From Dipteris shenzhenensis (Eukaryota), in assembly GCA_047967505.1 (NCBI GenBank), contig CM106538.1: 64,000 nt of DNA; one strand, 5' to 3'. The notes under the pieces are model-generated. The model did no database searches, had not been told where the DNA came from, and saw only the letters and a list, made by a program, of their open reading frames with translations. Shown piece by piece: positions 13,671 to 24,825 of the stretch. The translations under genes were made by a program, and so were the position numbers. The number at the start of each line of letters is the position of its first letter. The stretch's first letter is position 1.

Positions 13671-16600
13671 TTAGAGGCAATAAAAGATATTCCATCCTTC
13701 CAGTGCTTCTCATGTAAACAAATGCTTTTTAGAAAACAAACTATCTTTTTGAAGAAAGATATCTTCAAGTGGATAGAAGAGAATCGGCAAGATGGTGAGG
13801 TGCTATTTTAAAAGAAATTTTCCACGTTTGCAAGGAGTGTCGCTACTCTATTGCAAACAACAAACGCCCAAAATATAACACACCTACACAAATTCAAGTT
13901 AATAAACAAATACTAGAAGTGTCTATTTTGAATGATATTGAAGAAAGGTTGGTATCCCCACGTATAGCATTCACACAAATAAGGGAACTATCTTTTGATG
14001 GTCAATTAGGAGTAAAAGGTAGTATAGTAAATGTTATGGTAGACACTACAAAAATACAAAACATATTGCCGTGCTTCATGGATGAGGACGCAAACATGTT
14101 AATTGAAATTAAAAAGAAAATGGGATACAAGTCATCATCTATGATTGGACATGTCCGACCAAATGTTTTGATGAGTGCAATGTACAAATTAATTGACACT
14201 TCATTATACAAAAACAACAACATTGTATTGAATAGTGAATGGTACAATCACTTGAGCATGCTAAAAGAACAACAAGCTTATGAAGATCAAAGGGAGTATG
14301 AAGAAAGACAAAATGGTACGGAAAATGACATAGAAACAGACTCTTTAATTCACAATGTTATCTCCTTTGAGCAAGTATTGGATTATCAAACCACAATTCA
14401 CTCTGTCACGCCATGTGAGAATCAGAGACCACTAAGACTATTCCAAGGTAAGCATAGTGAAGAGCTTAACTTCCCAACACTATGATTTTCCAAGGGAGAA
14501 TGGAAATAAGAAATTGACATACATGGACATTGTCAAATGGGAACTTACACACAAGTCCTTGAAGTATAGCCAAAACATCCCCCAATCTCTTCTTTAAGTC
14601 AATCCAAGTACTTATTCAACAAGTGATCCAATCCATCTGGGTTCGCTTGTGCAAAGGAACCCTACACAGCCAAAGTCTCATAGCCAGGGATGTTAGAGGG
14701 AACGCTAACATTGAAAGGATTCTTAAATCTAACATAGGGTACCGAGACTTTGAGTCACTAAGAACATCCCCAGATTACAAAGAGAAGCTTTGAAAGGAGG
14801 CATTTGCAATGATGCATCCATTAGGGCCACCAAAATTTTTCATAATTTTCTCTTGTGCTGAACGCTTGTGGGAACCCCTTGTGAGTTGCTTGAAAACCAA
14901 CTACAACACAAACTTACAACATCATTGCGAGCAAACAGACAAAGCAAATGTGCGTCGCTTAATCAGAGAGAACGCAATAGTTTGTGCAAGGTACTATAAC
15001 CATAAGCTTCAACAAACGATCAACACAATCAAGAAAGACAAAGTAATATAAGGAAATGTTAAAGATTAATTCTTCATAACAGAGTTTCAAAGCAGAGGAA
15101 GCCAGCATGAGCACGGTTTGCTTTGGCTTGATGATGCTCCAATTTTTAAACACAGTAATGCTGAGACTCCTTGCATTTTCATCGATAAGTACATATCTTG
15201 TGATAAAGACCTTATCAACAACAACATGAAAGACATTCAAAGACACAAACACACATTAACTTGCTCCAAAAAAAGCAACACACAATGCTATTTTAAATAC
15301 CCAAAACCACCCTTATAACAAACCATGTTACTATTGCCCTTGGAAGGCCCTATTACATCAACACATAGAAACACATATTGCAAGGTGCACAATAGTTTTA
15401 ACATCATGTCCTCCACCATCACAACATCAATAAAAGAATGGATGCAAGAACAAGGAATGGATTTAGACACATACATATTATTAATTAGATCACAATTGAC
15501 AAAGCCAACATTGTTTTTAAAAAGACATCCCAAAGATATCTTCACAAATGCTTTCAATAAAAAAATCTCTTACTTGTGGTAATCAAATATCGATATACAA
15601 TTTATTATGGATCTGTATGGAGTAGCATCTTATTGCACATCTTACATCACAAAAGTTGACAACACCATAACAAAAAACTTGCAAGATACCATGAAGGAAT
15701 GCTTGCAAGATGGCACGGACACTCAAAGTCGATTGAGAAAATTAGGAAATGCTTTTTTACATGCACAACAGATGAGTGCACAACTAGCTTCTTTCATTTC
15801 ATTGTCCTTACCATTGCACAAATCTTCACAAGAATTTCAATTTATTTACACAAATGAACCTAACAATAGAGCTTTGATATTAAAGAGAAAGCATCAATTT
15901 GATAAGCTAGATGAAAGCTCAAAAAAGATTGCTTGTTTGTCAATCATAGAAAAGTACACCAAGTGCCAAGGTATGGGCATCATTTGCTTCTAAATACAAC
16001 CACTCCACCTCATATTCTAAGATGAGGAAAAACCCTAAAATCATAAGGTTTGTCAAATTCAACAAGGTAAAAGATCCGATTAACTACTACAAAGAGCATG
16101 TACTACTTTATTCTCCATTTACATTTATGATGAGTTAAGTCCTCTCCACACATACGGTTCATGGCAAGCTGTATATAAAGCTAACGAAGACACTATAGTG
16201 ATAAATTGCAACAAGTTCAACTTCAACTACAACAATCTCCTAGAAGAGGGAATCATCATTGAAGATCTAAGAAGGGTGGACATCTTAGAAAAAAGTGCAA
16301 GCAATCAAGAAGTAGAGAATGTATACAACACCTATGATATTGGCTTAGATATGCCACCACTTTAAAAAAAACCACGTGTAGATAACTTCATAATACCCAC
16401 AAAACAAATCATTGTTCTCCCAAATGAGGAATACTACATGTGTATTAGAAGCCTTAACAAAGAGCAAAGAGATATATTTGATGACATCCTTCTACGAAAG
16501 TGAGTCCATCCTCAAGAAAAAATAAACTTGTTTCTTATAAGAGGAGCTAGTATCGGGAAAACATATCTTCTGTTGCTTCTAGTTCAAGGATTGCTTAGGC

Positions 16601-18393
16601 ACTACAATCAAATCATTATATTAAACGGCATCAATTTACCCAAAGCACTATTACTTGCGAACTCCGGCAACTTGGCAGCCCAACACATCAATGGTATAAT
16701 GATACACTCAGCCTTACACCTTCTAGTCCATAGCAAAGAACTCATATCTCTCTCTAGAGAGAAACTAGACTTATTATCAAGCCTTTACAAACAAGTACAG
16801 CTTCTCGTCTTTGATGAAATATCCCTCATGGGCAGACGCACAATGAACTTTGCAGATCTTTGAATGTGAGCATTGAAGCATAATTACGAGGACTATTTCG
16901 AAGATCTTGACATCATTACATGTGGAGACTTTTACCAAGCTAAGCCTGTGAAGGACGCATGGGTTTTCAAGGATAATAAAGACACCTTGGAGAGCTTGGC
17001 TCACACACACTGGACAACCAAAATACATTGTTATGAATTGAAAAAAACAATAAGGCAAAGCGACAATGATTTTATACAAACTTTAAACTCTTTTAGAAAG
17101 TGCACCCACACTCAACATCAGATAGACTATATAAATGAAAAATGTTTTCGACAACCACCGCAAGACCACACATTCCCACACCTTTTCTATACAAACTAAC
17201 AAGTGAATGCACACAATGATTCGATACTCCAAATTGTAAATGGCACAACATACACCCTATTAACAATTGATCATTTTAGTGAATCACTTTGCAAAACCAA
17301 CAAAATTATGGATGATCCTAAGGCAACTGATGGTCTCAGAACAATTATACGCATCAAGAAAGGAATGCTTGTAGAACTATGTTCAGGCAACCTAGACCAG
17401 CATGACGGCCTTGTGAATGGAGCAAATGGAGTCTTCCAGGGAGTCACCACAATAAATACAAAAGACATAATCTGGATAAAGTTTGAAAATGACAATGTGG
17501 GAAAGAAAGCAAGAATCAACAACAAAGAAGCTTACAAGTGCTATAGACATAGATCCTAGTTGCACACCAATACATCAAATTGCAAAGGAAGTGCAAATAG
17601 GTCCATAAAAAATAAGCATTCTAACAAGAAAGCAATTCCTAATACAACCTACAATGGATCGTGTGGCTTTCTCCCCTCGAAAAGTTAGAGGACACGGGTT
17701 AGCTTACACTGCAATTTCAAGGGTTAAAAAAATTGAAAACCTTTACTTGCTAAAACCACTTAAACATGAAAACTTTCACGTGGAGAAAGATGTTCTAGAA
17801 GAGATGGAAAGACTTAATACAACAAAAAGATGGCACACACTAAAAGAAGAAAACAAACCACAATTTGATTTCAACATAAACATCCAATCTTTAAATACAA
17901 GATCACTCCAAAAATACAAACTTGACATCGAAAACACGCAATAACTTATGCAATGTGACGTCCTATGCTTACAAGAAACTAGAACACATTAATTTGAGAC
18001 ACTAACATTCAACACATTCAAATCAATACATGTCTTCTCATCATGCGGATTGTGCATCCTATTAAACAACACCACTCATTTGAAACAACAAATCAAACAC
18101 CAAACAAGGGAATAGAAATCATAGAAGCTCTTATTAATAAATCCAACCAAGACTACTTGATTGTAGCAATTTACAAACCACCAACCCCAATAATAACCAC
18201 ATTTCTTAACATGTTGGAAGATATACTAGAGCGTAACATGTACAATATACTATATAAAATAGTAGTGGGTGACTTTAATATCGACATGAACATGACAACA
18301 ACATCATCCACAAGATTACAAAACATTATGCAAAAATACAATTTCAAAATGCATATTCAAGTATCAACTACAATATACGGCAGTACTTTAGAT
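13671..18393 (+). mobile_element. Decayed RepHel-endonuclease ORF of a Helentron/Helitron2-type rolling-circle transposon
   Basis: Motifs in order: CxxC (FQCFSCKQ, HVCKEC); LNDIEERLVSPRIAF...GVKGSIVNV; Rep motifs GPPKFFIIFSCAE, EFQSRGSQHEHGLLWL (15082-15129) and YCTSYITK; PIF1-like GASIGKT, LLVFDEIS, GDFYQAKPV, LKKTIRQSD, GLVNGANG, GLAYTAISRV; AP/EEP endonuclease SLNTRSL, DVLCLQET, AIYKPP, VVGDFNID, GSTLD. Many stops and frameshifts; termini not identified. Confidence 0.9.
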
Positions 18394-18937
18394 GAGATAA
18401 ATTGAAACAAGGTGGGGATCCCACTAAGGCCCTGCCTTTTGGAGTGTCTCATTATAAGTCTAAGTGTAAAGTAGCTTGATAGATATTTCCAATAATTTGT
18501 AAAAGGGAAATGATAGGTGTAAATTGGAAGGAAAGGAAAAGAGAAAAAACAAGTGAAGGTGAGGTGAAGGAACATGGCAAAAGGTCTATGAGTGGAAGAG
18601 AGGAGAGAAAAGAGGTATGTGTGTGTGTGGTGGATGGTGGGCCATTAAGGGACGCGCCTATTTTGGCAAGAGTAATATAAAGGCTGTGTCATCCAAGAGA
18701 CAAAGAGAGCCTCCATCTTTAGAGAGAAATATCGAATGAAAGACAAAAGCATTTAGGATCGGTACAAGAGGTCAAACAAAAGACAAGGACATTTAGGATC
18801 TCCACAAGCAAACAAAAACCGTAAATCCTAAACACATTAACCAACCAAGACATCCCTTAGGACCCTTGTAGGACCAAAAACAAACTCAGGAACATCATGT
18901 GCTTAGTGGAAAAGAGACCACTCCATTACAAAGCACC

Positions 18938-19259
18938 ATATGGAGGGCCTATGTGTAATTGACACCTTGTTTAAATGCTCATCTCATGTGATGATTGCTG
19001 CTATCTCACCTTCTTTTAATAATCGTCTCATCTCATATGGAGGGCCTATGTGTCATTGACACCTTGTTTTAAAGCTAGTCTCATCTGTTGATTGCTCGTC
19101 TCTCACCTTGTTATAATGCTCGTCTCATCTGTTGATTGCTCCGCCCCTCACCCATTGACACTCTACGCTACTTATAAAAATCTCCTTGGAGGAATCGGAC
19201 GGCGAGAAGCTTGGCGACAAGAAAACTCTAACGTCGTGTGAAACTAGCCCGCTATAAAT
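18938..19259 (+). promoter_or_regulatory. Putative promoter of the secreted-protein gene (copy A): nested direct repeats and TATA box
   Basis: ~97-bp unit present twice, built from ~42-bp subrepeats (caccttgtt...ctcatctgttgattgct). TATAAAT at 19253-19259, 50 bp before the ATG. Confidence 0.55.
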
Positions 19260-19308
19260 TTGCAGACTGCCTATATTTCTCAATCCCACTTCAACTGCGT
19301 TTCTCTCT

Positions 19309-19506
19309 ATGATGGCCAATTTTACCGCTCCAACCTTCCAGATCCTTGTGTTGATTCTCGTCTGCTGCGTAGTGGCAGTCTTATCTGCAGATCCTGTCTG
19401 CGATGAAAGGGGAATCGGCCCAAATGCTCAAGATTGCTATGCCGCCGCTCATTGGACAGTTACAGATGTTCAGACTAACTACTATACGATCTTCGGAGCT
19501 AGCTAA
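19309..19506 (+). pseudogene. Internally deleted (177 bp, in frame) copy of the small secreted cysteine protein gene
   Basis: Matches 38003-38377 except that 38148-38324 is absent, which removes two of the four mature Cys. Confidence 0.85.
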
Positions 19507-20689
19507 ATGTTGGACTGAACAATAATCGTATTGCCCATCTGTGCCTTGTAGAAATTATGATCTATCTTGTTTGAAAGGGGGTACCTCCATTTGGTAGTCT
19601 GTATCATTTTCTTATTCTTGCAACATGAGTCGTTGATTGATGGTTTCAAATATTGTGAATGTTTTGATTTTGGGCAGAGATCTCGGGAGGGTGATTGTGG
19701 TTACCTTAACTGGAATTTTGATTTACACGGTTTTTTATTTCTATTATTAAAAAAAAACGTCCTGCCACTTCTGTGCCGTGAACCATTACATAATTTTTAT
19801 AGGTATTCAGCTATAATAATTTGCACAGAATATGGCTAGCACTTGGCAAGGTCATCGTGCTCTACATGTGATGTTAATCAAAGGATAGCATCAAGGAGAT
19901 ATCAAAGGAAGAAATTGTTAATTCAATTCCCCTCATGAACATCAAACACACAAAGGAACCAATACCTCATGTTGTCTCTTTTAGTGTAGTGATGGTTCCA
20001 AGTTAGAGCTATTACGTTTATTTTCACATTTTCGAAGTAAAATGGATTTCTTATGATAATCCAATTCTACTTCACAGACCATGTCAATCCATATGAAGCT
20101 GGCAATTACTTTGGGATCTTCTAAATAACACAGGACACAAAGTGATGCTAGTTATAGAGGGTATTCTAGCTTTCCTTGAATCCTAATAAAGTCTCTTTGC
20201 AAACTTGCCACCAATTTGTGTTAAATTAGTGAACAAAGAAGCTCAATCATTATACATTGGCAGCATGGACAATTGATCAATTCCCCACATGTAGCCCTTA
20301 GGTTGGCGTAAGTTATACAAACTCAATTCTAAACATTTTGATTGTCATTTTGTCCATGATGATGAACAAAAAACCCTTGGGGTTTCGCTGAAGGATGTAC
20401 AAGCCATGATTAATAATTTATCATTCATGAGAGTTTTGGCCATTCCCTCTTCCTACAAAATTATTAACCCGATCCCATTTTCTTTTCTTTATCTCTTGCA
20501 CCTCTTTGTCCCTACACCTTCTCTCCACTCCTTCGACTGTTGCAACAAAGGAACTCTCATACTCAGCCATTGCTTTAGCCTCGACACCCCTACACCCCTC
20601 TATGCCCAAACATTCCATCGATATCAGAGTAGACTCGACCCCAATGAGCATATTTATCTCTTGCAGGTGGAACTTAGAGACATAAAGAT

Positions 20690-21340
20690 CTAAATTGCTT
20701 GCTTGGAGAAGCAAGTCCTGGACATGAACAACAAGGGAAAGCAAGAGGTTTTGCAACAATGCACTACAGTAGCACCTGCACCACAACTTGTGATTAAGAT
20801 ACAGGAAATAGTTACCACCCAACTCAAGTCCATGAAGCAACAACTCACAACATAGTGAGTTTTAAGATTGATAAATGCAATGTCTACAAGGAGGTAAAAG
20901 TGTAAGAAACTAGGGGTGCTAATGATTGGATTGTGCACATAGGAGGGTTACCAGAGGGATGGAGTGTAGGTGAGGGCAACACAAAAACAAGGCTCGACAA
21001 TCTCAATAAGGCAATCCCCTAGATTGAATAGGACTCAAAAGATATAGATTATGTCTTCCAAAAAGGGGACACAAGTAAGGGTAATCTTCCAGGATAAGCT
21101 AGCAAGGAGCAAAGTTCTCAAACGAACCAACAAGTTCAGAGGTACTAAGGCATGGGTTTCAAAGGAGCTCACCCTTACCCGGCTCAATGTAAGGAACTTA
21201 GAATTAGCCAAAGTGAAAGAAACTCAGAAGGAGGGAAAGTGGGTTGTTTATTGAGATGGAACAACACTAATTAGAGACTTCAAATCTATAGCCAAATATT
21301 TGCAGTCTAAAAATGATGTAATGAAGGCCGCTTCATAATA
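20690..21340 (+). mobile_element. Decayed LINE ORF1-like remnant (coiled coil plus RRM/C-terminal region), copy A
   Basis: VRVIFQDKLARSKVLKRTNKFRGTKAWVSKELT...KEGKWVVY resembles ORF1 C-termini; an upstream Q/K/L-rich helical remnant is present; no ORF2 follows. Confidence 0.5.
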
Positions 21341-21487
21341 GTATTAGGATTTAGTAGTGTGCTAAATAATTTGGGCTGAGATGCCTCGTGTACTCTTTGA
21401 CTCCCTTTGACACTTAGAGATCTAAGGGCTTCTCCTTTGATGTGTATTATGCCTTATAGCCCTATGAGGGCTCCTACGGACGTCGAA

Positions 21488-21960
21488 TCTCTCTCTCTCT
21501 CTCTCTCTCTCTCTCCACTCTAATTATTTATATTTATTCTTTTATAAATATATAATAAACAATCACCTAATGGGGAGGGGAAAGAGAAGGAGAGTGAGAA
21601 TGGGGGGCATGGAAGAGAAACATATGGGGCAGGGAGGGGGGAGAGAGAGAGAGAGGAGAAGGAAGGGGGGGGGGGAGGCTAAAGGGAGACAAAGGGGGGG
21701 GGGGAGGGAGACAAAGGGGAGGGAAGATGGGGAGAAATAAAATTTGGGAGACAGGTGGAGGAGTAGAAAGGGAGACAGGGAGAAGGAAGGTGGGCAGGGC
21801 AGACAAGGGGGTCAAAGTGAGGGGGTAGACAAGGGGTTTTGGGAGAGAGTGGGGGAGGGGGAGAAGGTGTAGGTGAGAGGAGAGTCAAAGAGAGGGGGTA
21901 GCGGGAGAGAAGTGACATGAGGAGGAAATAGAGAGTTCAAGGAAAGGGGGGGGGGAGACA
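21488..21960 (+). repeat. (CT)n microsatellite followed by ~390-bp G/A polypurine low-complexity tract
   Basis: Read directly from the sequence; counterpart at ~40358-40830. Confidence 0.9.
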
Positions 21961-24825
21961 AGCCCTTCTCATTGGGAAGGGTGATTGAGTGACCCACCCC
22001 CGACCTTGCACTTCCAAACCCTCTTGCTTCCCGCTTAGAGGAGGTAATAGAGGGAGGGCATTGATGAGCTATTTTTGTTAATGATTTGGCGAATGACTTA
22101 CTAGCCGACCCTACACTTCCAAACCCTCTTGGGTCCCAATTGTTCTCTGATCCATCACCCGCAAGGGCCACCTCATGACATGGCTTGAGGTTTGGTGTGA
22201 GAGCACTTGGACCCCTTAGTAGGTGGTAAAGTTGGGTTAAGGCCCTAACAGATTGTGTGGTCCCACCCTTTGGTTATGTATGGTTGGATCAAGGCCCTGG
22301 ATCAAGGCCCTAATGGATTGTAGGATGGCCTCCCTTATAGTTACCTTTGGCTAGATGAGGCCTTAATAGATTGGAGATCTCTGTACCTAAGCTAAAGCTT
22401 GATAGCCCTCTCCAAGATGATGTGGTATCTTGATAGCACTTCGAATGACATGGTAATTTAACAAGCCTTCAAATTAAGGGAGAGGAGGTGAACAACCCTT
22501 TGACTAATGTGCCAGCTTGATAACCATGTGCTAGCTGGAGGGTATAGCTTAACAACACTCTGACTAATGTGCTAGATTGATAACCCACTAGATGACAAGG
22601 TAGCCTAGTCGTATTTCAAATCATATGATAGCTTGATAGGCCTTCAGATGATGTGGAAACTCTTAGACTATTAGGTGAGGTGCCATCCCCACAGATGACA
22701 TGGCAACCCTAGTAAATTCATGGGCATCATAGTAATGAATGATGGACATGTGATATCCCCACAGGTGCTCCAGATTCATGGGCATCATAGTAATGAATGA
22801 TGGATATAGTGAAAAAATAGACTACAAGTGTTGCCTAGCCTACGGAAACCATGTGACATCATATGCTTTTAGGCCATAAGGCCCTGGCTTTTATAGCAAT
22901 CTTACTCAAAGAGGAGATAGCCAGTGAAACAATGTAATTCTCAATGGCTGACTAGAGCATTGGCTCCTTCCTCTCTCCCTTTGTAACTTGTATTCACTCA
23001 CCTCCACTAAGTGCACTATGCTTGCAATTCCCCCTTTCTTTGTGGAAAAACTTCATGCACTCCTCTCCTCTGATCTCTTCATAGCAACCACTTCGTGCAT
23101 ATAAAGATGGCTCCCTTGGATCCTTGAAGGCTTGGTAATATCTCAAGCCTTGATTGTAGAAGCATCCCATTTGAGATTGTAAATGTCATGCCTTAATCAA
23201 GGAAGCACCCATGCGTGCTTCTTTGAATATTTCGAAATAGATCAGCCTTCATTTTAGTGGTTGTGAGAGCTCAATGATCATGCATTATTCAAGGACACAT
23301 CCACAAGTGCTTCGGTCTTTGAGTTCCCAATCCTTGGGAGCTTGGGTGATGTCTTCTATAAGACCCCATGTGCAAACAAGGAAGATTGGATTGAGCGAGC
23401 CATCTCATTCTTTCCAAAATAGCTACTTGAACCCATGAAGATTGAGGCTATCAAACATAAGCCCTTTGTATCAAATTCTCACTTTGCTTTACTCTCTTAA
23501 GCATACAGCTTTGATCATATTCACTTCTGCCCAAGAGGCTCTATTTGAGTAAAGCTCCCATAGGTTTTGGTTTTTTTGGTACGAGGGTGAGCTCATTAGC
23601 AAGTGGTTGTCCTAGTGGCTTGAGTAGAGCTTGAGTTTTATTTTTCTTCAATGGTGTGTATCTTTGATGGGAGTTTTTTGGGGCCTAAACCTTGTATAAG
23701 GACCTTAGTAAGGTTAGGACTAGCCATGCATGTGCAACATGGCAATGTGTGTGCATGCATATATCATGGTAGGCCAATATAATGGAGATGGTTTTGTATT
23801 CTTAGGAGAAATCGGTATTGAGCATGGAAATCCTTCTTCTCTACAATGTTTGTGGGTTTATATGTACCCTTCAATGAGAGTCGCATTATAGCTAAGTTAG
23901 TCGTGTTGCTAGAGAGTCATGTGCCACAATGGTTTGGGTAGGTGGTCAATTGCTTAGCATTTAGTTTAGCTTTGTTGAAAGCAAATGTCATTAAGATAGG
24001 TATACAAGAAACAAGCCTGGTAGGGATGATATCAGCCTGGTTGTGAAAGCCTCTCAAAGGCAAGCAAGAAGAGAAGGGGATGGAGGGAGGAGGGAGTGAG
24101 AGGGGGAGGAGGGAGGAGGGAGGGAAGGGGGCTGAGGGAGGATGTAGAGAGGGGAATGAAGCTAGACCTAGAATCTATGATAGAGGGAGGAGGGAGCGCA
24201 GGAGAGACATAGATTAATTTGAGAAAGGGCATCAACTAGGGAGATTAACATTAGGCTAAGCTAAAGGGAGGGTGGGGGAGCGTGAGTAGTTAATTAATTA
24301 ATTGAAAAATGGCTAGGAGTGATTAAGAGCGATTCAAAAAGACTAAGAACTCATAATTAATTAATTATAAGATGCCACCTACTCTTCAACCTCCACGTAG
24401 TTGCTAATTTTTTTTGCTAAGAAATTTCACTAGTAGCTAGAAGGTTACATCCATTGCCAAAGGTACATTTGGTTTGAGTCAAACTAGTTCAATGAGTCTT
24501 GATGATTCAAAATCTCCTCAAGATCAAATATTAGTACCTTGATCAATCACCAAGGCTATGTCACATTGGGAATAATCTGCATGTGGTTCATTTGGTGTCT
24601 CTCTAAAACACAGAAGACTAGATGTATAGGCATATGTTTCATAAGAGCCAATCTATAGGCTACCTAAATGGTCCATCAATTTTAATGTCAATATATAGGC
24701 TACTGATCTGATGTACTCAAGCACCAAAATGTCCATCGATTATAATGTCTCACCACTAATCTATGATCTCATATGCAAAGACAAAATTCCTAGGTTTAAT
24801 TTTGAGATAAATTGTATCTCCTACC

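Noticed and set aside
18393-18925. Solo LTR interrupting the endonuclease
   Set aside because: LTR-like composition and a TG start, but no exact TSD (ttaga vs ttaca) or partner; boundaries unsupported.
19567-19839. 90-aa ORF kept in both copies (also 38438-38710) as a second gene
   Set aside because: TTG start, no motifs, and located in the expected 3' UTR; conservation is explained by the recent duplication.
21567-21918. Proline-rich extensin-like ORFs (also 40553-40891 and 24032-24235)
   Set aside because: Artefacts of the polypurine/polypyrimidine tracts; no signal peptide or gene structure.
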